This document shows positions 23,741-36,412 of a stretch of 64,000 nt of DNA, one piece after another. The stretch is from positions 3,162,001 through 3,226,000 of the forward strand of contig OZ316896.1 in NCBI GenBank assembly GCA_973895155.1. The letters run 5' to 3'. The stretch comes from Marsupella aquatica (lineage: Eukaryota; Plantae; Marchantiophyta). Made by a program: the position numbers and the translations under genes. The notes beneath the pieces were generated by a model. That model worked only from the letters and a program-made list of their open reading frames with translations, did no database searches and was not told where the DNA came from. Positions within the stretch are counted from its first letter, which is position 1, and the number at the start of each line of letters is the position of its first letter.

Positions 23741-25359
23741 CAGCAATCTGCAAAGTAACCAAATCCTCTTGTCATCTCTTCAAACCAAATCCTCTCAAGT
23801 ACTGTCCTCTCTTCACAAAACCTAACGACTATCTCATGAAGATCACCTGTTCCAAGGTGTCATATAGAGGAGAGTTATGATAACATCCATCTAATTTAGC
23901 AAGAGACCAAACATAACTGAGAGCAATTCAAGTTCTAATTGTCTTAAGAATGCCAACAAAAATCAATGTTCAATTTATTTGTTGTTACTAAATGAAGATA
24001 CTCAATCCTCGAGTCAATCCTCTGTTAGACAGGTCTTGGCCAAATGCTGTCCAATGAGCTCAATTTCATGCAATTTCATTTTCCCTAAGAAAGATATGAT
24101 ACTATTGTTTTGGTTCTCTATTCTTTCCTTGAGTCCATTGGCAAGTGTAATCCTTTTGCTGCTGAACCAAAAATGTTGATCATAGTAATGATGGCAACGT
24201 CTTGAAAAACTCTTTCAAAAGAGCTCAAGATGGCTCACTTATCCTTACTAACAAGGAAGATATGAATTTTGAAGTTGCTCTTTGTTTTTGGTAGTTGCTG
24301 ATTAATTGGCAAGGATAGACCCTTTTGATAAGAGTCTTGTTAGTGAACCAAAATTGTTGATCCTAACAAGGTTGGAAAGGTCTTGAAAACTCCTTTCCAA
24401 TTAATGAGCTCAAAATCTCCAATTGGTTTTGAGTAACAATAACATAGGAATTTCCAAAAATAACTGTCAATTTCAATTTCATGTTTTGTATACAGTTGCA
24501 GCAGATACAATAGGGGCATATATTGTGCCATTAAAGTGATCTCTTGCAACAATAACTTAAAAAAATTGAATGTATATAAGAGTTATAGATTGTCCATTTC
24601 ATGGATGGTGTTAATTAGTATCATGCACAAATTAGGGTCACCCTGTTATTTTCCTTCCTTAATTTAATCCTGTCTATGTATGTACAAGCTTATAAGGCAT
24701 TGCCCAGGGTGAAGCTATGTAACCTGTAGGCCAGCCCATTACCTCCTCTTGGGGATAGGTTACCCTAAACCACACTATTTACCTGCACTACCCAAAATAA
24801 TTTAGCCACCCATAATAAGACTAAGTGAACTCTAAAGAGTGTAACCAGTGTTTCCTTGAAGTGAGAATTTCCACACATATTAACGGATGAGAGTCCTTGC
24901 CAATGACACAAAGTTTTCAAAACGTTTAAAATGGTATATTCTCCAAATTAAACTCAACGGCCCAGATTTGACATCACTCACATCGCACGGTCATAATGTG
25001 ACTGTACCCATCAAGCACAAAGTTTTGCTACGTGGAGGAATCTCAAAAGGCCCTAAGTGACACCTGGACAAAATGACCGGTACTCTCATGAGTCCCCTCG
25101 AGCCTTTAATGCACTGCCGTGCCTCCTTCCGCACTATCAAGCAAGCGCTCGATCCATCCAGGCCTTCCGTGGAACGAGCGATTGCCGGTACCTTAGACAG
25201 TGACACTTCGGGAGAGTGATACAGATGCCGCACGATTGAGCAGCGCTCGATCCATCCAAGCCTTCCGTTAGAACGAGCGATTGACTGTATTTAAGCAGTG
25301 AAGCTTCGGGAGAGTCACTCAGTTGTGAAGAGAGTTGCCCGACGAATTTTGTCTGTGAG

Positions 25360-25836
25360 ACTCACAGCTGCGGAATTGTTTCTTCTGCGGAACTCATAGG
25401 GCTTCGGCTCCGTAAATCGCTGCCCCGGCTACAAGAGCTAACGGCTGCGGAATTGTTTTTTCTGCGTAACTCATCGGGCTTCGGCTCCGTCAATAGCTGC
25501 CCCAGCTGCACGAGCTCACGGCTGCGGAATTCTTCGATCTGCGGAACGCATCGGGCTTCGGCTCCTTCAATCGCTGCCCCAGCTGCATGAGCTCACCGCT
25601 GCGGAATTGTTTTTTTGCGGAACTCATCGGGCTTCGGCTCAGTCAATCGCTGCCCTATCTGCACAAGCTCACGGTTGCGGAATTGTTTCTTCTGCGGAAT
25701 TCATCGGGCTTCGGCTCCTCCAGTCGCTGTCCTTCGGCTCCTCCAGTCGCTGTCCCAGCTGCACGAGACACAGCTGCGGAATTGTTGTTGAACTCATCGG
25801 GCTTCGGCTCCTCCTATAGCTGCCCCAGCTGCACTT
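25360..25836 (+). repeat. ~77-bp tandem repeat, ~6 units, paralog of 15510-16040
   Basis: Same unit (CATCGGGCTTCGGCTCC...CAGCTGCAC) with a different copy number and internal indels. Confidence 0.9.
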
Positions 25837-26450
25837 GATATCATCGAGCGAGCGGCAGCCACTCCCGACTTGGGTTTCGTTCCGTGAAGACTTACGGTAA
25901 CTCCTCTCACTTCCCCTGATTGCGAAAACCTTCGATCCTTACGTACATATATATGAGGGAGCCTTTTTTATATTCTGTCACTGATTGATCCATAATTCTC
26001 TACTTGCAGATCATCGAATGTGCAGTTTTGATAGACCAGCAGTACACTCAGCCAAGTTACGCAATATCAGTTTCGAAGCTGTCGCTGGACAGTTAGTTGC
26101 CTCCAGGTATGCACTTGACCGGGCACTTCATCTTAACGTCAGTGATTTCCCACCTTGAATCCAGAGAAGAAGCGCGTAAAACGGTGCCCTGATAGACGTC
26201 TGCACTTGGAGTGTTGTGTAAATGTAGTTTTCACGACTTGTTTGAGCCGGTACTATCTTTACACCTCTGGATACGAGTTTTTGGTGTATTTTTAGAGGAC
26301 GAATCAGGACAAATTAGGTGTGCAATCATGTTCATTACGGACTTTGTGATCATGTGAATGAACTTCATCTTCAACAAGTCTTTTCCTCAAGATCGATCAC
26401 TCCATCAGGCATCAAGACTGTGTTTGTAGGCAACTGAATCCGAACTTGCG

Positions 26451-27629
26451 ATGACGTCCAAAGTTGAGGGAAATTCTCAACGTCTTCTTCCGGGGATCCT
26501 TGATGATATAGCTTTGAACAAGGTTATCCCGAAGCTGCAGTGGAGAGACCTGTATGCTCTGTCGGCAGTGTCTTCTGACTGGTGCCGGGTAATTCGAAGT
26601 CGTCAAGCCTACAATTTAAGAGTGCTTCACCACTCTAAAGAGACGGCTGTTCTCGTCAGATGTGAAAATGATGACCGCAATCATAGTTGGTTTGCTCTAT
26701 ATTCGATGACAGATAATTCCTGTCGTCCACTTCCTCGTATCCCTGACATTGCCAGTCAACTGTTCCCCACTTGTAAATGCGTGCCATTGGAGGGGAAAAT
26801 ATGCATCTTGGGAGGATTCAATTGGGGGAATCCGGAGGTCAGTCGTAAGGTGTATGTTTTGGACCTCGTCGAGCAAGGTCAATGGAAACGGTGTGCAGAT
26901 ATGATCCAGGCCAGAGAGGATTTTGCATGTAGTGTCATGGACGGCAAGATTTTCGTACTTGGAGGAGTTGATAGGAGGGTCAGCTGTGGATCAGAGGTTT
27001 ATAACCCCGATGAAGACACTTGGTCTCCGATTAGTCCACCCCCAGCATGGGTTATTTCTGATCAAGTTGAAGTTGTTGGAGATAAGTTTATGCTGATCAG
27101 ACCTGCAGTGAAATCGCTTGCAGTCTATGATAATAATAATGATGATGAAGTCGTTTTCTATCGTGATGAAGTTTTCGACGTTTATAACCCCACCAGGGAC
27201 CAGTGGAGGAGAAAGACACTCAGTTCCCGGTCAAATCGAAATTCGTTGTTTTTCATGGCACACGGTAAACTCCACCAGATGCGTGATGCGAGTAGCCATC
27301 GTATAGAAGTCCACAATGCTGATGAAAACTCATGGTCACATTTGCATTCATCCATATTTAGATCGGTGGGACCAATTCACTCGACCGTGGTCGAGCCGCT
27401 TGCTGTTTTGGCATTGCAGAAAGAGTTGTTAGCTATAGTGGCCTGGTGGACCAGAGGGGCTTCCCGGAGGGCTGGTAATATCAACGGATATTGTCTTCTT
27501 CGAAGTGAAGGCTTCGGCACTAACACCGAAGCCATCCGGTGGCAGAGAGCACTTGATCTGGATGGTCCCTTCGGATGGAGATGGATGAATATCTTCCCCA
27601 CATTTTCCATGTATCCTATTCAGCTTTGA
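26451..27629 (+). CDS. F-box/kelch-repeat protein (type I, 392 aa)
   Basis: Intact ORF and close paralog of 16264-17439. Putative 5'-UTR introns upstream (GT ~25897/AG ~26009; GT ~26107). Confidence 0.9.
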   Translation: MTSKVEGNSQRLLPGILDDIALNKVIPKLQWRDLYALSAVSSDWCRVIRSRQAYNLRVLHHSKETAVLVRCENDDRNHSWFALYSMTDNSCRPLPRIPDIASQLFPTCKCVPLEGKICILGGFNWGNPEVSRKVYVLDLVEQGQWKRCADMIQAREDFACSVMDGKIFVLGGVDRRVSCGSEVYNPDEDTWSPISPPPAWVISDQVEVVGDKFMLIRPAVKSLAVYDNNNDDEVVFYRDEVFDVYNPTRDQWRRKTLSSRSNRNSLFFMAHGKLHQMRDASSHRIEVHNADENSWSHLHSSIFRSVGPIHSTVVEPLAVLALQKELLAIVAWWTRGASRRAGNINGYCLLRSEGFGTNTEAIRWQRALDLDGPFGWRWMNIFPTFSMYPIQL

Positions 27630-27932
27630 GAGCGTTTTGGAGGTTGAGTTGTGCTTGAGTTCTGCATTCAGTTCAGTGCAAGTTCTGGAAAACCGTTTGC
27701 GGGTACGGTATGATCTGTTTTATTGAGAGCTAAATCGGATTGAAGGCTGTGGGAGACCAGCCGAAAACTTCATCCACTTGTTTGGGACGAGGTTGCTGCA
27801 TTGATGACGAGCTTGGCGCAGAAGTTCGTAGCTTCGATCCTTTCAAAATGATTGTCAAACTGGGTACCGGGAGAAGATTGTAATCGTTAATTTTTTATAT
27901 TTAGGGCCTTCCGTTCATTTTTTTCTACCATA

Positions 27933-28641
27933 ATGGCCCTTACAGTTTCAGCCGTGCTCCACCAAAGACTATTTCTAAGGATCCTGGCCATGACATCCAT
28001 TTTCATTGGAGTATTAGGAGGAAGTGATCCTGATCCATTGCAAGATTTCTGCGTGGCCGATTTGCAAGCAGCAGGGCCTCTCGCCAACGGCTATGCATGC
28101 ATACCTGCAAGCTAGCTATGCCACAACGGAAATTCGCGTTCTCCGGCCGGACTGGTCAACGCTGCCAATCCAACAGGCAACCCGACTAACGGTGCCGCAA
28201 CGCTCGGCTCTGTTCGTAATTCACCTGCACTCAACACACTGGACATCAACCCTGGCGGCCGGAATCATCATGCCACACACCCACAACTTGGCCACCTAGA
28301 TCCTCTTCTGCCTGGAGGCCGAGACTTACACCGGTTTTGTCACCAATAGCGACAATCCTGCAGTCCCCAACAAGCTATTCGCAAAGGTCGTCAAGAACGA
28401 GGAGCTAAGGCGTTCATTTTCCTGGGAGTTCTGCTGCACTTCCAGCTCAAGAAGGGCACGGTGCCGGCAGTGGCCTTGAACGTGCCGAACAGTCAATATC
28501 CCGAGATTACAGCTCATGCCTGTGAGTTTATGTGGGGTTGGCATCGATCCTGAGCTTCTGGCGAAGTCGGTCTTCATCACAGAGACTGAGTTGGCAGGCT
28601 TGGCAACCATCTTGTCGCAATTCGACCATGTGTTCGCCTAG
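27933..28641 (+). pseudogene. Germin-like (cupin) pseudogene
   Basis: SDPDPLQDFCVADL, the same premature TAG (28113-28115) as the 17735 copy, and an extra TAG after the H-x-H box. Confidence 0.85.
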
Positions 28642-31485
28642 GCTTAGTCCGAATTTCGCCAGCTACAGCTTGTGCAGTTTCGTTCGCGGGATCTTTAAGC
28701 ATGTTTTCTGTTATGATTTAGTGTAAAGCTGTTAGACAAAGCTCTTTAGTCTTCTTGTCCGATCTGTACCACCTGGAATACTTGGGAGAGAGGTTGAGGT
28801 AGTCAGTTCGTTCATCATTGATGCTCAGGTTTCCTTGTAGGTAGTATCATACAGTCGCAGTTCGTCATGTGTTCGGAGTGGCACAATTATTTCTATTAGC
28901 AGTTGAGCATTTTTTTTCATCAATCATTCATCAAGGCTTTGATTATCGCTGAAGAAGATTTTCAGGAGTGTTCGAGAGACCAACAGTACTCCTCTCGAGC
29001 CTTCGATTCAATAAATAATCAGCATTGAGTTCTCGGAGTTTTACTGAGACCGATCAGAAATGTATTATTCAACATGTGTATATATATCTGGGGATGGTTG
29101 ATCATTCTGCTATCTGACGAATGCTTGGGCTCTAGGCACGTTGCATGATTGACAGACGATAGGGTTAATTTGATGAGGAGTAGTTTAGATTGAAAGGTTT
29201 GCTTGGCGAAAGAAGGAAGGTCGTCAATGTAAGTCAGCAAGTTGACTAGTGACTTCTAAGAGATATTATTCATACCAGGCATTTTCTCGATCCCTGACGT
29301 CTCAAAGAGTTTGACTAGAAATGCATTTCCCAAAGCTGGAAATGTTTTAAGAGAACTGAATCCCGTTTGTTGGCGGCTCAGGGTGGAGTTGCAATTACTG
29401 CCATCTTCCGCCTGGGCTCGGGTGACTGTCTTTTTGAGGGACTGTTTCACGTGAAATACAACTTATAACTGAGGGTGGTTTTTCAGACGTTAGGGCCATC
29501 AGACAAACTCAGATATTTGATGAACATACAAGAAATACGACAAGCAATTTAAGAACTGATCACAATATACTTATCACTTAGGGAATCGGAATCTACACAA
29601 TCAATTTTGTATGATCCGTAAAGGAATCTCTTACAGTGACGACACACTGTGTGGCGTGCTTTGTATCTTGGGTGGATAGATCATATATAATTATATAGAT
29701 CAAATGGATGTATTGTCGGAAATTAGAGTGACCTGGCATTGGAGTGACGAACTTCCTTAACCTCGGTGTACGTTTCTTCCGATCTCCCAATTAATAACCA
29801 ACCAGGTTCATTTTTCTTCCATTCTTGATCCTACAGCTACGGCCCAACTTTGGTTGGAGTATATTTAACTGATTCATTATTCAGTCCCTGTACGTGTCTT
29901 ACTATCCGAACATTGAACAAACAAGATGTTCCCAGGAAGTACTGAACTGTTCCCGTAACATCATCGAATTGAGGTGGGTTCACTGGTGAATATAATTATG
30001 AGGGCATACTGCGTCCATCGTACGTTGACTGAGCTTAGGGGAGTGAAATGGTACACCATTGAGTTCGCTTCCACGATGCATAAGAAAAAACAAAACTGAG
30101 CCGCATGAAAGAAGCCACTCTTCGCCTGCTCTGCGCAAATCGCGATTGGGGGGTAATAGGGCCAGGATCTGGTACGTACTTAGATATATATCGAGCTTTG
30201 GTCGGGACGGACTGCAACGCTCCAACGACACGACCATGACCGGACTGATTCTGATTGAGGTCACGCTCTGTAAGTGTAGGAGAAAAATCGAGGAATCTTA
30301 TCCTCACTTCAGCTCAAAATCAGTAGTACTGATCTCCAATCGCCTCAAATTATAATTAAGCAATGAAAGGCGAGATGAAAAGACCAGGTAAAGGAGCCTT
30401 ATGAAACTGTTAAATTAGTTACACGTATTGCGTTCTACCTAGAGATAGTGCTTTCTCTGCCCGCTACGAATGTGAACTCAGTGAATGTAAAGCGTCAATG
30501 CTCGAAATCAGAGAAACATATTAAGTTGTTGTAGTGTTGATTCCTTCATATTCGTCCTAAGGGTAACTCAACTTCTTGCTTCGAATATGGGTTTTATGTG
30601 TGAGCTGGCATGATGCGACCTGGGGCCTGTCTAATGGACTTGGTAGGTAGTGCTGTATTTTCCAAACTAAACAATAAATATATCGTCTGGCACATGAACT
30701 GTAATCATCATTACCACTGTTAAGTAAGGCGAGACGTCTGAGTTGAACCGGACCAATAATCGGAGAGGCTAACCTGAACTCGGATTCCAATCGATGAATT
30801 GAATTTCACAAAGTGTGCTCAGTATACACAATGGAATCAGATTTCACACTTTATTGACAAGTTGAACAGAAAATGGTAGCTGCACAGAATGCGAGAGAGG
30901 CCACGTCTATGTCTATGTACTTCTACACATAAATTCCCGTGCAGTCTATCAATTAATACTAGTCGTCCAGTCATTGTAGCTGGCGGTATTTAATAGATGA
31001 GATATATTATTGTGTAGTGGTATCTAGAAATTTTCTTCTAGTCAATCAAAGATTCATTGCCAAAGAGCAACCGGATTCTTACGTATCGTTATTCATAAGT
31101 ATTTAGGCGATCAACTCATCTACTATATATATATCTGGCCTGGTGGAATAATTTTGAGTGCATTATCCACTAATAATCAAATAGCTTCCATTGTCATGTC
31201 GCCAAAAATCAGGAAATGATCCAAATCATTCCCTACTTTAGGTTTTTGACATTGCTAGCTGCCCTTCTTGCCATTCGTCCCGTGACCATTTATTGGTATT
31301 GTTCCACCCTTATTTTGACTGTTTCATCAACGCGACATAGCTCCGACTTGATCCAATCTTTTCCTGCTGGGTACATAGTAATCTATGACGCAACGCGACA
31401 TAGCTCCGACTTGATATAATCTTTTCCTACTGGGTACATCGTAATCTATGACGCATCGCTGCAACTTGGACTGCATCCTGTAAGA

Positions 31486-31902
31486 CTATGCAGCATACTG
31501 GCACAGGCCAAAGCTGCACAGGTCCTTCGATGGGCACTTGTTACCGCAAACTCCACAGTTATTGGGGTCGTTGATCAAATTCGCGCACTTACCTTTGCAG
31601 CAAATTGAACCGAGAGGGCAACTATTACCGCAGCTTCCGCAGTTAAACATGTCTGTCGTGGTGTTAGTGCAAATGGATGCACCTGAAACAATTCCGGTGT
31701 TTGGAAGGTTGCAGCAGGAGAGACCCGTTAGGCATGGAGCAAGGCAGTTAGTGGACGGTGCAGCTGCCACACCAATCGAGGACGCCTCCTGCCCAGCCAG
31801 TCGGCGCCGCACAAACGAAGATTCGCCGCACACGCCATCTATGACCACGCCTGCCGCAATAGCGACGAGCAGGAGAGATAGCAGCGTCCCACGGTAGGCC
31901 AT
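31486..31902 (-). CDS. STIG1-family secreted cysteine-rich peptide, subtype A (138 aa)
   Basis: Same architecture as 1716-2132, with 6 amino-acid differences. Confidence 0.88.
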   Translation of the reverse strand: MAYRGTLLSLLLVAIAAGVVIDGVCGESSFVRRRLAGQEASSIGVAAAPSTNCLAPCLTGLSCCNLPNTGIVSGASICTNTTTDMFNCGSCGNSCPLGSICCKGKCANLINDPNNCGVCGNKCPSKDLCSFGLCQYAA

Positions 31903-33528
31903 CGGATGATCGATTGGACGGAGCTACCGAGCAGCGAGGAGTATGTCGAAGAGAACTGGCTGCCAGGCTGCTGGCACGGAAGCTAACTGAAGAGTGCAGA
32001 CTATGATGAAGTGCTCAAGCTCGATGTACAGTGGCGATGCTCCAGGAAATCCTTGGTAATGTTGAAGTACTGATATAGAGTGCTGCGGCTACTGGGAGTC
32101 AGGTTGCGGTTGCGATCGATGAGCTTCTCTCTAGGTCTGCTGCCTCTTTTAAATATTCCCTGGACCCGAGCAACACTCGCTCTCACACTAGCGACGGTCG
32201 AAAATCTACGTGATTTCTGGTGCGAATGCCATGATCGATCCCGTGGACGCTTTCCAGAATTTTGGAGAACTACCTGCCACGATCATCACTATAATATTCG
32301 CCCTGGCTTAATTTCCTGCTATTTTGGCAGTGAAATTTTCGTTTTCTGGTTACACCTTTTCTGCCTACACCAAAGGAGCGAATGTACGTACTCGGAAGCG
32401 GTCTCGTGACATACTTTGCCTCATATATGGCTGGCGACGAATACTAAATTTTGATTGTCCATTTTGAGTGTCCACATGATTGATATCTCGACGCTCGGTG
32501 TACTTTTCGGGTACATCGTAACTCCAGCTAAATAATGTTCTGGGACTAACAAATGCTTTGTTTCTTCGTCCGTTTCTTGTTGAAATATAGTTTCCCCATT
32601 TCGTCCAGGGAATGGGGCTGACGTGATTGGCTAAATAAAATAAAAGCGGTCATTCATTTGAGATTCACTTTAGTTGACACTCATTCCTTTTACAACGACG
32701 TGGTCTAAGGACGCCGCGTGATAGAGAAAATGCATTCATAAGGTCGAAAGCAACATATCTTCTCCGGGAGTTAAATGTGCCTCGGCCCGAATGGCACCCA
32801 AGATTGCTGTCGAGCTTGCGTTGCTCTTCGACAGAAAGCTAGGATCGAGCTGAATGATGGAACGAAGCAACGATCTAGGACTACGATCTGGGAAGGTACA
32901 ACCTTTCGTTTCGAAAGTTTTCGGAAGTCATCGGCGTTGTTAGAGAAAAGCATTTGTGATCTGATCGTGGGACTTCGTGACCTATGTACATCTTGAAGGA
33001 GAACATGTCATTGTAGTCTGTGAAATTTTGCAATTGAGGACAGTTAATTAATCTGGGTGAGCAGTACAGGGGTCGACTCATTCCTATACGACGGTTAAAG
33101 ATGTTGTTCAATGAAGTTCAGAGGGACGGACTATTCCAGGGTCCCTCAATTGACGGCTATCACTTGGGAACGAGGCTGTAGCCCGACCCTCCATTCCACC
33201 AGGTGAACAAAAAGCCCCACTAGAGATAAATGTAGTCCAATTGAATCTCAGCAGATCCCCCTCCGCCATGATTACCGTGGCCAGTTCAGGGAAGTGTCTG
33301 CAAGGTGAGTGAATTTGCCTTCCAATGTGACTACTGGGATCTTTGTCCATGCAAGTCTAAGAAACCTCATTGTATCACTATTGACTATTGCCTGGGATCT
33401 TAGTCCGTGCAAGTCGAAGAAACGAAACCTCACTGCCTGACTTAGTCTCGTCCATGCAAGTCTAAGAAACCTCACTGCCTCACTATAGACTCGTCCATGC
33501 AAGTCTAAGAAACCACTATAGACTATTA

Positions 33529-33759
33529 GGGCGTCTCCAAACTACTAAGTTGAGAAGTAGTCGCCCACAGTAAAGTATGTTAGTCCGTCAAAAGCTGCGG
33601 ACCCCCTAAAATGGGACTCGATAATTGTCTGACTGCCTAAAATGGGACTCGATAATTGTCTGACTGCCTAAAATGGGAGTCGATGTGTTACCAACATGCT
33701 TTAACATCTTTCTACAGTGCAGAAGATGAACGCCGAACCGGATGTTATTTGAGACGCCC
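33529..33759. mobile_element. Tourist/PIF-Harbinger-like MITE (~230 bp)
   Basis: TIRs GGGCGTCTC / GAGACGCCC (left end GGGCGTCTCCAA) with TTA/TAT flanks. It interrupts a local repeat whose empty version is at ~33383-33410. Internal 30-bp tandem repeat. Confidence 0.7.
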
Positions 33760-36013
33760 TATTGGGATCTTAGTCCGTGCAAGTCTGAAAAACCTCATTG
33801 CTTCACTTAGTCTCGTCCATGCAAGTCTAAGAACCTCACTGCCTCACTTTAGAGTTCCCTCATCAATGAGTTATTAGTGAGGGTTGATGTTCTGACAAAC
33901 ATGTGGCTCTTTTGTCTTTGGAGGTTTCTGTCACTTGGATGCTATGTGTACCGTTAAGAGTTTGTGTTTTACTTAGTTGGCTCTACAGTACATATAAAGC
34001 CTCGAGTCCATTTCTCATTAAGCTATCAGTAAAATAAGCGTTTACATTGCTGTAAATACTCCAATATTTACTTAATTACATGATTTTTAATAAAATGACA
34101 TGTTTATGCAACAACATCTTGTGTGCAACACATGGGGATTGAATTTGTTTATAATAAGGGCTAGGGGAAGACTTATTTAACCTTTTTGTGAAAGATAGTT
34201 AGGGTCTGAAGATAAGGTCTTTCCTACCTAGTTTTCTAAGTAACATTCTAAAAATATCCATATTTCATAGAGGCAAAAACTTCCCATTTTTCCTTAAGTT
34301 TTAGGTGTTTGCACAATTTGAGGGCCCCAGATAGTGAGACCCTCAAGTCCCCACAAGGGTGGCAATTAATTCTCCAGCAAGTGTTTTTTATCAGTTGTAA
34401 GTTCCCCCTTCAAATTGCAAGTGATAAATAATTGGTACTGTATCTTAAACTCCCGTCCACGTATTGCAGACACACAATATGTGAACACGTACCAAAAAAT
34501 GAAGGGGCTGGTGCCTGAAAATAAACCCAAAGTCAAAGGCGCAAATTAAGTCAGTTGGGCAAGAGTGGGCAACATCATTGGAGACTGGGACGGGCAGGAT
34601 ACCAAGGCCCAGAAATGGGCCCAGAAAATTAAAATGGGGGAGCATTAAACCACCACTCGGGGTATAAAGCCCCCCACCAGGCTGCCCGCACGTACGGGGC
34701 ACTCTGCCCAGGTCAGGCAGAGTGTCGGGTGCCCTGGCATCACCCGGAGCTCACAGGGCCCAGCAGCGCTCCCCCCTCCCCGTAGCCCCCCTCCCAGCCC
34801 TAGCACTTGGGCAACAGCGGCCGCTGTTGCAAGGAGCCAAGACTGGCTGGCTGCCATAGCCAGCTGCGAGCACCAACCTTGCTGCTACGAGATGCTGCTC
34901 AACTTGCTCGCCTCCTGCTCAACTTGCTCGCCTCCTGATTGCCGACATGCTGCCTTTGCTCCGAGCTCCCAAGATTTCGTGGCTGCCATAGCCAGCTGCT
35001 CGCCTTCTCCTCGACCTGCTGCCAACCTCGCTCGCGACCTCGCTGCTGCTCAACATTGCTGCTGCTTGACGTCGCTCATGCTCGACCTCGCTGCTGCTCG
35101 ACCTTGCTGCTGCTCGACCTCGCTGCTACTCGCCTGCTGCTCACTTGTTGCTCGACTCGCTGCCACCACTTTGAGCTTCCAATACTTCGTTTCCACCATA
35201 GCCAGCTGCTCGCCTGCTGCTTGACTCGATGCCAACCTCGTCGCTCCCCTGCTCCTCGCTCGCCTCTTTCAAGGCAGCGCTGCCAACCTTGCTACTTGCC
35301 TGCTGCTGAACTTGCTCGCCTACTGCTCGCTTGTCCTGACCTCGTTGCTGCTCCGACCTTGTTGCTGCTCCCGACCTCGCTGCCATAGCATGGGGAAACT
35401 AAGCTCGCCTTGCTGCCAAGCTTGCTATACTTTGTGACAGCCATAGCTTCTTGTTTGCTGATCGTTTTACGACTCATTTCTCCTCATTGTTAGGTATCAA
35501 TTTCTCCTGATCACATCAACTCAAATCGTGGAGAGCAGAGCGTGTGCTGCCGTCTGTGAGCCTTGCTTGTGTTCATTTGGATCTATTGTGGCCTAGGTGG
35601 AGTTCCCTTTCAATATACTCCTCGGATTTTGGCTGGAGTTGAGGCTGCGGTTTGCGCTTGTTGTTCTGCATTTCCCTCTGTTCTTGCAGCAATTCAATTG
35701 TGAGCATTTCAGGTCTTACTGCTGCAATTGGTGTTGTGGATTTGTGTTCGTCCCCCCTTGGATTTCAGTGGCAAGGTAGTGCAACCAGGAGTTCTGATCT
35801 TGGTGCTCGGATTTCGGCTGTGAGGTTTCTCTGAGGATTTCATTGCACTGTGTTGCTGCCATTTCAGTTGTCGCAAGTGCTGTGAGCTTTTTTGGTGTTG
35901 ATCCCGCTATATTTGCAGTGACAACAGGGTCTGATTTTCAATGTACCTTCTTTGCTAATGTTGGGCAAGAGCAGCAAGTGACATGTGAATGTGATTGGTT
36001 TTGTGTCAGGAAG

Positions 36014-36412
36014 ATGGCGCCGACTAGAAAATTGAGAGCCATGTTGACTGAAAATGGCAATGGGATCTACAATTTGACCTGGCAGGATCCTAGTCATGTT
36101 GAGGGCACTCCACCTACTGTCCGGACTGTCACTGTGCAAGAGGTCCAGGCTGATTTTCCAGATTTTTGTACTGCAATTACAGAGTGTCACAGTGATCTCA
36201 ACCCTGTAGTCCCAATTGAACAGCTGATCATGTGCGCTGCATATAGTTATGTTGAAACTGTCATGAGAAGGAAGAGATACCAAGTCTACACTCACTTGGC
36301 CTACGTAGCAGGGTATTCCGAGAGAACTAAGTTTCCTGAACCGGTTGAAGCTTCTGTGAAAGCTACTTGGCATGATGAAGGAGAGGAATTTGTAGGATTC
36401 CTTGCTAATTAG
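36014..36412 (+). CDS. KolX-like / P2X7-ballast-like accessory protein (132 aa)
   Basis: C-terminal RKRYQVYTHL..VAGYSERTKFPEPVEASVKATWHDEGEEFVGF fits the R..AY..F...G...R...P.C.V..IR..YP...G.Y.GF pattern of KolX/P2X7 ballast. The ATG follows a CAG acceptor at 36007-36009. Confidence 0.65.
   Translation: MAPTRKLRAMLTENGNGIYNLTWQDPSHVEGTPPTVRTVTVQEVQADFPDFCTAITECHSDLNPVVPIEQLIMCAAYSYVETVMRRKRYQVYTHLAYVAGYSERTKFPEPVEASVKATWHDEGEEFVGFLAN

Noticed and set aside
34645-35477. Ala/Cys/Leu-rich overlapping ORFs
   Set aside because: Produced by CTG/CTCG low-complexity sequence inside the transposon, likely the KolX leader.
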